Assembly: GCA_965207075.1 (NCBI GenBank)
Contig: CBDBLO010000002.1
Span: forward strand, 384,001 to 448,000
DNA from: Nitrosopumilus sp.
Lineage (GTDB): Archaea; Thermoproteota; Nitrososphaeria; Nitrososphaerales; Nitrosopumilaceae
Length of the DNA stretch: 64,000 nt
Direction: 5' to 3'
The translations under genes were made by a program, and so were the position numbers. This document shows, one piece after another, positions 1 to 7,744 of the stretch. The notes under the pieces are model-generated. The model was not told the origin of the DNA. It searched no databases and saw nothing but the letters and a program-made list of their open reading frames with translations. Every line of letters starts with the position of its first letter. Positions within the stretch are counted from its first letter, which is position 1.

Positions 1-1
1 C

Positions 2-583
2 GGAGTCGGCCAGGACTATGTCATCAACCTCATGGCGCACGACGGCATGACCGACGTGCACGAGATGGGCCTGACATATACGATGGAGATATACCTCAAC
101 GGCGAGCTTGTCGAGACCCGTGTCGACCGCTCATTTGCGGACGGACAGGGCCTCGAACCAATCCGGTTTGACGAGCGAGGATCCGTCCGTATCGTAATAA
201 AGGACATCTTTGATGACGCGTCACAGCAGGTCAACTTTTCATTCCAAGTGGCTCCGGAGGCAGTAATCAAGGAGGTTGTGCCCAGACACGGCTCGTTTGA
301 GGAGGGAAACGTGCCTGACTACCTCGAAGGATATGATCACCCCCACCACTACAACTATCTGGAGGGCGAGTTCATCATGACCACTACGGATCGCTCCGAC
401 AGTCAGGACAGGCTGCGCGTGTCAGACGGCGACACCATCTACATCGAATATGAGGATCTTACCCTCCCAGATCCGTATACGACTGCCGACTCGCTGGATA
501 TCGTTGCACGGGCGCTGGTGCTGGACACGGGCACCTCTGCGGGCGACGACGGTTCTGAGATATTCGTGGAGATCCCGTCATAA
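2..583 (+). CDS. S-layer-like surface protein, C-terminal part (5' end lies outside the window)
   Basis: Frame is open from base 2. The C-terminal motif EGEFIMTTTD..DRLRVSDGDTIYIEYEDLTLPDPYTTADSLDI resembles thaumarchaeal S-layer protein domains. Confidence 0.6.
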   Translation, partial: GVGQDYVINLMAHDGMTDVHEMGLTYTMEIYLNGELVETRVDRSFADGQGLEPIRFDERGSVRIVIKDIFDDASQQVNFSFQVAPEAVIKEVVPRHGSFEEGNVPDYLEGYDHPHHYNYLEGEFIMTTTDRSDSQDRLRVSDGDTIYIEYEDLTLPDPYTTADSLDIVARALVLDTGTSAGDDGSEIFVEIPS

Positions 584-599
584 CGGAGGCTTGATTGGT

Positions 600-3080
600 A
601 TGAGCGCTGCGATTGACAGTTATACTGCGTCCGTTCCATATGGTACTGTGTTGCAACGGCATGGGTCTGGACATATTGCACTGTCGTTCATGCTTGTGGT
701 GACGCTTGTGTCGGCATCCGCACTCTTTGCGTATGACGGCATGTTTGAGGAGGCTTATGCGGGAAGCTCCGGTTCAGCTGACAGTGAACTCTTGCTGATA
801 AACGGCGACTACCACATGCTTGAGATCTCGACCGACCCCGCAATATTGAGCGGGGACGAGGAACATGTCGCGATGACCATATCCTTGGTGAATGTGGACG
901 CGGAGCCTGCCATCCAGGTGTCCGGCGTAGAGTACGGCCTGACGTTTGTCGATGGCAGTGACAGGGACATCTTGCTTGCATCCCTCGACGCGTACTCGCC
1001 TGGTGAAAGCCTGCGTATACTGATACAACCTTCCACGGATGCACCCGTCGAGGTATCCGGCGAGAGCGCCAAGGAGGGATCTTGGCTGGCATTCGACGAC
1101 TCCCCGGCCACGTTGAAGGCCCCTGTATTTCTGGAGGGAGGCATAGTCTACATACATGCGACAGTCAAATCAATTGACTCGCAGCCCGTGTCCGCGGGCG
1201 AAGATTCCACCTTCGAGGTGATGTTCAGCATGGGCCAGTATGTTCCGTTTACAGTCGAGATTGATGGCATGCCGTCGGATATCACATTTGCCACTTATTT
1301 TGACAGGGTTGACAAATTTTCATACGACGAACAGGCCAGGAGTGTCTCAGTAGAGATGCCGTTTGTCTGGACCGAGGAGTACATCGAGGCGGCATCGTTC
1401 ATCCACGCCGAATTCTTTATCCCAAAGTCAATTGATCTCTTTGAGAACCATGACATACTGCTTGCAGTAAACGGAATGGACTATTTCGGCACGGTGGACC
1501 GCTCCGGCAGCGACGAGACGGTGGTGCACTACCTGTTGTCCTCTGGCAAGCTGCTTGAGATGATGCAAAATCTGGAACCCGAGTATCTTGACAGGATGGT
1601 GTTTGAGATGAGGGCCGGCGCCGAGCGCCAGAATCAGATAAGCGGCGACGCGTCAATCGAGGCGGGGGACGCGGTAATAACGAGGTCGACTGGGGGCGCC
1701 GACGGGAACTATGACGTGCGCGTGTCGGCCGAGCCTGCGGGCATGCTGCATCCCGGAAACGAGCTGACGCTGTCACTTGAGATCCGTCATGAGGGCTCTG
1801 ACGACCATATTCCGGGGGCCACGTACGACGTGAGACTGTCACTGGGCGGCGATGTCGTGCTGTCTGAGGCCGGACGCGAGGCGCCCGAGGGGGGTGACCG
1901 CATTACGGCCACGTTTGATGAGACGGGGATTGCAGCGCTCGAGGTGGCAAATATAGAGGGAACCTCCTCGTCGGCCGAGATCTCCTTTGTGATCAGCGAG
2001 CCACACGACATGTCCGGCATGGACCACGGCGGCATGATGATGGGCGGCGACGGCGACGGCGACGGCATGGACCACGGCGGCATGATGATGGGCGGCGACG
2101 GCGACGGCGACGGCATGGACCACGGCGGCATGATGATGGGCGGCGACGGCGACGGCGACGGCATGGACCACGGCGGCATGATGATGGGCGGCGACACGGA
2201 ACAAGACGAGATGGCTGCCATGAACGACGAGATGAAGGCCATGATGAAGGAGCACGAGGCCATGATGAAGGAGCACGAGGCCATGATGAAGGAGCACGAG
2301 GCCATGATGAAGGAGCACGAGGCCATGATGAGCGACGACAGCGATCCCATGGACATTGATGCGCACATGGGGATGATCAGGGACCATGAGGCGAAGATAT
2401 CAGGGCATGGAGAGATGGTCGAGGCCCACGAGGCGATCATGCGGCAGCACATGCAGGTAATGGACAGGCACGGTACGGGCATGGGTGACGACGGTATGAT
2501 GATGATGGCGCAGATGCACGATGAAATGATGAGCCTGCACGAGGCTATGATGAAGGATCACAAGGCAATGAGTGACGACCACGACATGATGCGGGCCGAC
2601 CACGAGACGATGAGGCAGAAACACGCAACTATGATGGATGACGCTGTCGAGATTCCCGCAGACGAAGGCGGCGGTTGCCTTATCGCGACTGCCGCATTCG
2701 GTTCCGAGCTTGCGCCCCAAGTCCAGCAGCTCAGGGAGCTGAGGGACAACACCGTACTTGCAACCTCATCCGGAACCGCATTCATGTCGGGCTTCAATTC
2801 CATATACTATACGTTCTCCCCGTCTGTGGCAGACATTCAGAGGGAGAACCCGGCAATCAGGGAAGCAACCAAGGTTCTGCTGACGCCAATGCTGTCGTCA
2901 CTCTCGCTGTTGGAGCATGCGGACATCGACACGGAAGCGGAGATGCTGGGGTACGGCGTGTCGATAATACTACTGAACCTTGGAATGTATGTGGGCATTC
3001 CCGCGTTTGCGGCCGTGGGGTGCGCGCGGCTGGCACGGGCCCGGCTGCTCCCCCGTGCCGAGACCCGGCCCGGACGATAG
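600..3080 (+). CDS. Secreted/membrane-anchored Met/His-rich protein with CFI-box-CTERM domain, putative copper-binding
   Basis: N-terminal hydrophobic segment; MDHGGMMMGG and EAMMKEH repeats; C-terminal GGCLIATAAFGSELAPQVQQLRELRD...YYTFSP motif followed by a TM helix and basic tail. Start placed at ATG 600, after the upstream gene. Confidence 0.8.
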   Translation: MSAAIDSYTASVPYGTVLQRHGSGHIALSFMLVVTLVSASALFAYDGMFEEAYAGSSGSADSELLLINGDYHMLEISTDPAILSGDEEHVAMTISLVNVDAEPAIQVSGVEYGLTFVDGSDRDILLASLDAYSPGESLRILIQPSTDAPVEVSGESAKEGSWLAFDDSPATLKAPVFLEGGIVYIHATVKSIDSQPVSAGEDSTFEVMFSMGQYVPFTVEIDGMPSDITFATYFDRVDKFSYDEQARSVSVEMPFVWTEEYIEAASFIHAEFFIPKSIDLFENHDILLAVNGMDYFGTVDRSGSDETVVHYLLSSGKLLEMMQNLEPEYLDRMVFEMRAGAERQNQISGDASIEAGDAVITRSTGGADGNYDVRVSAEPAGMLHPGNELTLSLEIRHEGSDDHIPGATYDVRLSLGGDVVLSEAGREAPEGGDRITATFDETGIAALEVANIEGTSSSAEISFVISEPHDMSGMDHGGMMMGGDGDGDGMDHGGMMMGGDGDGDGMDHGGMMMGGDGDGDGMDHGGMMMGGDTEQDEMAAMNDEMKAMMKEHEAMMKEHEAMMKEHEAMMKEHEAMMSDDSDPMDIDAHMGMIRDHEAKISGHGEMVEAHEAIMRQHMQVMDRHGTGMGDDGMMMMAQMHDEMMSLHEAMMKDHKAMSDDHDMMRADHETMRQKHATMMDDAVEIPADEGGGCLIATAAFGSELAPQVQQLRELRDNTVLATSSGTAFMSGFNSIYYTFSPSVADIQRENPAIREATKVLLTPMLSSLSLLEHADIDTEAEMLGYGVSIILLNLGMYVGIPAFAAVGCARLARARLLPRAETRPGR
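2016..2195 (+). repeat. 48-bp in-frame tandem repeat, about 3.7 copies (GMDHGGMMMGGDGDGD)
   Basis: Exact repeats of ggcatggaccacggcggcatgatgatgggcggcgacggcgacggcgac. Confidence 0.95.
2237..2330 (+). repeat. 21-bp in-frame tandem repeat, about 4.5 copies (AMMKEHE)
   Basis: Exact repeats of gccatgatgaaggagcacgag. Confidence 0.95.
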
Positions 3081-3184
3081 GCCGCGCGGCAGTTTCTCAA
3101 ATTACGGATACGAAGCGGGCCTGCCCGCGGCCCGCCCTAGTTTGACAAATCTTATTTAGTCAATTTCCCTCCAACAGCTTTGAC

Positions 3185-3955
3185 ATGATCCCGCTAAAGG
3201 ACGAGAACCCGCACCCGCCGGGATTCCGGCCCGTCATGACGATCATACTGATAATTGCAAACTCCGTCGTCTTCGTGTTTGAGGTGCTGTATACGGGCCA
3301 GTTCTTTGACTTTACAAACCGCAACGCGTTTGCGATGTTCTACAGCTGGGGGGCCGTGCCCAACTGCGTCACGGGCGCCAGCGAGTCGCTGATAAACTTC
3401 GGGGCGGGCGCCGTGTCGATACCGTGCCCCGACATGCAGTATACGTCGCTGCTCAGCTCCATATTCATGCACGGCGGACTCTTGCACTTTGGCGGCAACA
3501 TGCTGTTCCTGTGGGTCTTTGGGGACAACATAGAGCAAAAGTTCGGCAAGTTCAAGTTTCTGGGCATATACCTGATGTGGGGGGTCGTGGCGGGGCTGGT
3601 CCACATATACGGCGACGCCACGAGCCCGATCCCGGCAGTCGGCGCGTCGGGCGCCATATCGGGCATAATGGGGGCGTACCTGGTGCTGTTCCCGAGGGTC
3701 CGCATCCTCACGTTTGTGGGCTATTTCATGCTGCACATACAGGCAAAGTGGTTCATGCCGTTCTGGCTCATCATGCAGAACCTGCTCCCGTACCTGGTGG
3801 GGGGGTTCGGCGTGGCAGGCGGCGGCGTAGCCTACCTTGCGCACATCGGGGGGTTTGTAATCGGGCTGATCACGGCGTACGCGTACAGGAGGGCGTTCGA
3901 TCCGCCCCCGCTGTACGGGACCAGATACGGGTACAGGCCGGACTATTACGAATAA
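3185..3955 (+). CDS. Rhomboid family intramembrane serine protease
   Basis: MIPLKDENP N-terminus, HGGLLHFGGNMLFLWVFGDNIE, catalytic GASGAI and AHIGGF motifs. Confidence 0.95.
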   Translation: MIPLKDENPHPPGFRPVMTIILIIANSVVFVFEVLYTGQFFDFTNRNAFAMFYSWGAVPNCVTGASESLINFGAGAVSIPCPDMQYTSLLSSIFMHGGLLHFGGNMLFLWVFGDNIEQKFGKFKFLGIYLMWGVVAGLVHIYGDATSPIPAVGASGAISGIMGAYLVLFPRVRILTFVGYFMLHIQAKWFMPFWLIMQNLLPYLVGGFGVAGGGVAYLAHIGGFVIGLITAYAYRRAFDPPPLYGTRYGYRPDYYE

Positions 3956-3979
3956 ATCCCGCGTGCGCAAACCGCGGCC

Positions 3980-4156
3980 ATGCCACTGGTTACGGTCTCG
4001 ATGTACCCCGGCAGGACGCAGGAGCAGAAGGACGAGTTTGCAAGGGCCCTGACTGAATCCGCCGTGGAGATACTGGGCACGAAAAAGGAACACGTCATCG
4101 TGGTGTTTGAAGAGAACCCAAAGGAGAACTGGTTCCTTGCCGGAAAGCAGCTCTGA
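3980..4156 (+). CDS. 4-oxalocrotonate tautomerase family protein (58 aa, absent from ORF track)
   Basis: Manual translation MPLVTVSMYPGRTQEQKDEFARALTESAVEILGTKKEHVIVVFEENPKENWFLAGKQL; Pro-1 and GRTxEQK signature. Confidence 0.9.
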   Translation: MPLVTVSMYPGRTQEQKDEFARALTESAVEILGTKKEHVIVVFEENPKENWFLAGKQL

Positions 4157-4211
4157 GTGAAACCCCGGAACCGTTTTTTTGATTAAACCTTTATTGCGCG
4201 GCGCGCGCCAC

Positions 4212-5024
4212 GTGGCGTTGAAGGCTGCCATAGTCCAGTTCAAGGCATCCGCGTCAAAGCAGAAGAACCTCGGCCGCATACTCTCGTACGTCGAGAGGGC
4301 GGCAGGCCGGGGGGCCTCCCTGTGCGCATTTCCAGAGTTCATGATGCTGTACACGAGCGCATCGCAGACCCCCGAGCAGCTTGCGTCGGAAGCCGAGCCG
4401 GTTACGGGCGAGTTTGTCTCCAGTATAGCGGAGGCGGCCCGGAAGAACGGCATACAGGTCGTCGGCTCCATATACGAGACGAGTCCGCGGCCCGACCGCG
4501 TGTATGACACGCTGTTCGTATCCGACAAGAGGGGGAGGATAATCTCCACGTACAGAAAGATCCACCTGTACGACGCGCTCGGGTTCAAGGAGTCCGACAA
4601 GATGGCGCCCGGCTCCGGCATGGCAAAGCCGGTCAGGACAGCGATAGGGAGAATCGGCATGATGGTCTGCTACGACCTGAGGTTCCCGGAGATGTCGCGC
4701 TCGCTTGCCGCGGCCGGATCCGAGGTACTGGTCGCGCCCTCTGCATGGGTCGGGGGGTACATGAAAAAGGAGCACTGGCGCACGCTGAACCGCACGCGCG
4801 CAATAGAGAACGGGTGCTACGTGATCGCGCCCGACCAGGTGGGCCACGTATACTGCGGGCACAGCATGGCAGTGGATCCGTACGGCAAGGTGCTCCTTGA
4901 CATGAAGCAGAGGGAGGGGATAGGATACGTGGACGTTGACATATCAAAGGTGAGGGAGACGCGCAAGGCACTCCCCCTCTTGAAGAACCGCAGGACCGAC
5001 ATCTATCCGTCCTTGCGCGCCTGA
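4212..5024 (+). CDS. Carbon-nitrogen hydrolase (nitrilase/Nit-like)
   Basis: Catalytic triad motifs FPE, YRKIHLYD and CYDLRFPE; RAIEN. Start is GTG 4212 or TTG 4218. Confidence 0.92.
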   Translation: MALKAAIVQFKASASKQKNLGRILSYVERAAGRGASLCAFPEFMMLYTSASQTPEQLASEAEPVTGEFVSSIAEAARKNGIQVVGSIYETSPRPDRVYDTLFVSDKRGRIISTYRKIHLYDALGFKESDKMAPGSGMAKPVRTAIGRIGMMVCYDLRFPEMSRSLAAAGSEVLVAPSAWVGGYMKKEHWRTLNRTRAIENGCYVIAPDQVGHVYCGHSMAVDPYGKVLLDMKQREGIGYVDVDISKVRETRKALPLLKNRRTDIYPSLRA

Positions 5025-5602
5025 CCCCTCGTGGGGCACGCGATGTTGGAGCACTGCCTCGTCCATTTCTGCTTTGAGGAGTAGCGGAATATCACCTCTG
5101 GCCACGCGCACGTTCCGCACGCCTTCTTCGTGGCGCGCAGCCGCGCCCTCTGCAGAAGCGGCGACGAGGCGTCGCACCCGCCGTAAAAGTTGGAGCACCC
5201 CATAAAGCGCTTGCCGGTCCTTGGCGACTTTATTACGAGCAGCTGGCCTATGCCGCAGTCGGGGCACGGGACCAGCCCGCCCTCCGTGGAACTCGTCCCG
5301 AGTATCATGTACTGGCGCTTTTTTGCGGACCACGAGACGTACCCGCCGGAGTCCATATACTGCACGAGCTGCCTTCTGAGCGTCTCGGCCTCCGGCTTTG
5401 TGGCGCGAACCGAGTGCCTGTCTGCGTGACGCCGCCCCCGTCCTGCCGCCGCGGATCCGGCGCTGGCCTTGGCGCGCCTCTTTCTGCCTGCCTGCCCGGA
5501 TCCCTTCTTTGCTGCCGCCGCCCTTCTTGTGATCTTGGTACCAGTGCCGCCGCCCTTCTTGCCACTTGCAGGCCCGGCGCGGCGCTTGTCGGCTTCTTTC
5601 AT
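5003..5602 (-). CDS. Topoisomerase I C4 zinc-ribbon-like protein with basic N-terminal extension
   Basis: CPDCG...KRFMGCSNF..GC, CGTC and CSNIAC zinc-ribbon motifs. Confidence 0.75.
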   Translation of the reverse strand: MKEADKRRAGPASGKKGGGTGTKITRRAAAAKKGSGQAGRKRRAKASAGSAAAGRGRRHADRHSVRATKPEAETLRRQLVQYMDSGGYVSWSAKKRQYMILGTSSTEGGLVPCPDCGIGQLLVIKSPRTGKRFMGCSNFYGGCDASSPLLQRARLRATKKACGTCAWPEVIFRYSSKQKWTRQCSNIACPTRGQARKDG

Positions 5603-5651
5603 GAGATATGTTGCTATTACGATTTTTATAGGGATTCTGATTACGCGCCGC

Positions 5652-6809
5652 ATGGAGAAGGTCTGCGTCCTTGGAGCAGGAAGCACAAAGTATGGAAACC
5701 TGGCCAATGACAGCATTGTGGACATTACCACACAGGCCTCCGTTGCGGCAATCGAGGATGCGGGCGTGGACCCCAAGGAGGTAAAGGCCGCCTACATCTC
5801 AAACGTGTTCGGCGTGGCGGACAAGCAGGTGCACATAGGCCCCGTCCTGATGAGCAACCTGGGAATATCAGACCGCCCGTCCCTGTCAATAGAGTCGGCG
5901 TGCGGCAGCGGATCAGTCTCGTTCCGGGAGGCGTATGCAAACGTGGCCGCCGGATTCTACGACTGCCTTGTGGTCACGGGAGTCGAAAAGGTGACGCATA
6001 CCGGCACCGAGTGGACCACGACCTACTTTGCGTACTGTTCTGACTTCTTCTACGAGGGCCAGGCCGGCGCGTCGTTTCCGGGGCTGTTTGCGTCCATGGC
6101 GCGCGCGTACCTGACCGAGTTTGGCGCGACCGAGGAGGACTTTGCCAGGGTCGCCGTCAAGAACCACGAAAACGGGTTCTTGAACCCAAAGGCGCACCTC
6201 AAAAAGCGCATTACGGTCGACGACGTGATGGGTTCCCCCGTGATCGCAAGCCCGCTAAAGCTGTTTGACTGCTGCCCGTTCTCTGACGGCGCCAGCTCTG
6301 TAATCCTGTGCTCTGAAAAGTTTGCCAAGGAGCACGGGGGCGACTATGTAGAGGTTTCAGGCTCGGGCCGGGGCGGCTCGCCCGCAGCGCTGCAGGGCCG
6401 GGAGCACCTCACCACGATCCCCAGCACCAAGATAGCCGCGGACGCGGCATACAAGATGGCCGGCATAACCCCAAAGGACGTGGACTTTGCCGAGGTGCAC
6501 GACTGCTTTACGATAGCGGAGGTGGTTGACACGGAGGACCTGGGATTCTTCAAAAAGGGGGAGGGCGTACAGGCGGTGCGCGAGGGAAGGACGAGCCTCA
6601 ACTCTGAAATTTCGATAAACCCGTCCGGAGGGCTAAAGTCCAAGGGCCACCCGATTGGCGCCACCGGCGTCGGGCAGGTGGTCGAGGTGTACGACCAGCT
6701 GACGGGGCGCGCAGGGGAGCGCACCGTGAAGGACGCCCACATAGGACTCACGCACAACTTTGGCGCCACGGGAGCCAGCTGCGCAGTCCACATATTCCAA
6801 GGCGTGTAA
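5652..6809 (+). CDS. Thiolase (acetyl-CoA acetyltransferase, archaeal SCP2 type)
   Basis: ESACGSG, EVHDCFT, NPSGGLKSKGHPIGATG; followed by its DUF35 partner. Confidence 0.95.
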   Translation: MEKVCVLGAGSTKYGNLANDSIVDITTQASVAAIEDAGVDPKEVKAAYISNVFGVADKQVHIGPVLMSNLGISDRPSLSIESACGSGSVSFREAYANVAAGFYDCLVVTGVEKVTHTGTEWTTTYFAYCSDFFYEGQAGASFPGLFASMARAYLTEFGATEEDFARVAVKNHENGFLNPKAHLKKRITVDDVMGSPVIASPLKLFDCCPFSDGASSVILCSEKFAKEHGGDYVEVSGSGRGGSPAALQGREHLTTIPSTKIAADAAYKMAGITPKDVDFAEVHDCFTIAEVVDTEDLGFFKKGEGVQAVREGRTSLNSEISINPSGGLKSKGHPIGATGVGQVVEVYDQLTGRAGERTVKDAHIGLTHNFGATGASCAVHIFQGV

Positions 6810-6815
6810 GAAGAG

Positions 6816-7193
6816 ATGTCTGCAAAGGAACAGATGATAAATTATGCCAGAGAGGGCAAGGTGCTTACGCACAAGTGCACCGCGTGCGGGCGCCTGCACC
6901 TGAGCACGGTCTACTTTTGCCAGAGTTGCGGGGCAAAGGACTTTGAACCCGTCGTGCTGGAAGGGCGCGGCAGCGTTGCCACGTACACTATAATTACCGT
7001 CCCCCCCGCGGGATTCGAAGGGTACACCCCGTACGCGTTTGTCGTGCTGCGCCTCGACGACTCCGAGCTCCGCATATCGGGGTTCATGGCGGACATTGCG
7101 ACTCCGGCCGACCTGCCCGTCGGCACCAGGGCCAAGATTACCGGCTTCGATGAGCGCGGCATAGTAATCTCAAAGGACGACGGCGCTTCCTGA
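6816..7193 (+). CDS. DUF35 Zn-ribbon/OB-fold protein (thiolase partner)
   Basis: CTACG...CQSCG, GSVATYTII..PPAGF...PY; directly after the thiolase. Confidence 0.9.
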   Translation: MSAKEQMINYAREGKVLTHKCTACGRLHLSTVYFCQSCGAKDFEPVVLEGRGSVATYTIITVPPAGFEGYTPYAFVVLRLDDSELRISGFMADIATPADLPVGTRAKITGFDERGIVISKDDGAS

Positions 7194-7245
7194 ACGGTCC
7201 GCCGCGCGACAACAATTTTATTTTGCGCCCTCCAACCGGTGTATC

Positions 7246-7407
7246 ATGTCTGTGAATGTGGTATGCGGCAAGTGCGGCGAAAAGATCACAAACATGAAGA
7301 TGCTAAAGTCCCTCAAAGACGCGATGGCCTCGAACAACGGCAAGTGCCCCGCATGCGGCGAAAAGCTGTCGTCTTCCGAGTTTGAGCTCGACGCCAGGGA
7401 AAAGTGA
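7246..7407 (+). CDS. Small zinc-finger protein (53 aa, absent from ORF track)
   Basis: Manual translation MSVNVVCGKCGEKITNMKMLKSLKDAMASNNGKCPACGEKLSSSEFELDAREK; two CxxCG motifs; AT-rich tract upstream. Confidence 0.75.
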   Translation: MSVNVVCGKCGEKITNMKMLKSLKDAMASNNGKCPACGEKLSSSEFELDAREK

Positions 7408-7744
7408 CCCGCGCCAGGAGCGGCGGCGGGCGCGACATGCAGGACGACGGCCTGCCCCAAGCAAGAACTGTCCTGGGCGCAACGTAGTGGCCTGGGAAAA
7501 GCGGCGCTCCTGCCTGAAGCCCGCCATCCATGCCTGCAGCGGCTGTCGCCGTTGACGTTGCCCAGCGCGCGTGAATCCACCGTATCCGCAGTGGTCGGTT
7601 TTTAAACGGCCGTCAGTCCTGTCTGCCGCCCGCGGGCTCTTCGACAACAGCGCAAAAGATCTGCAGCTCTGGCATGTGATCATCCGCTGTTTGGCATGCG
7701 ACACGTCATAATTCTTATTTACTCCGGTTTGGAGCATATTCTGG

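Noticed and set aside
450-599. N-terminal extension of the 876-aa ORF
   Set aside because: It overlaps the upstream gene in another frame; ATG 600 or a later start fits better.
3194-4660. Long antisense ORFs (this 488-aa one, also 30204-31493, 35432-36424, 38904-39908 and others)
   Set aside because: They are shadows of well-supported genes on the opposite strand in GC-rich DNA and carry no motifs.
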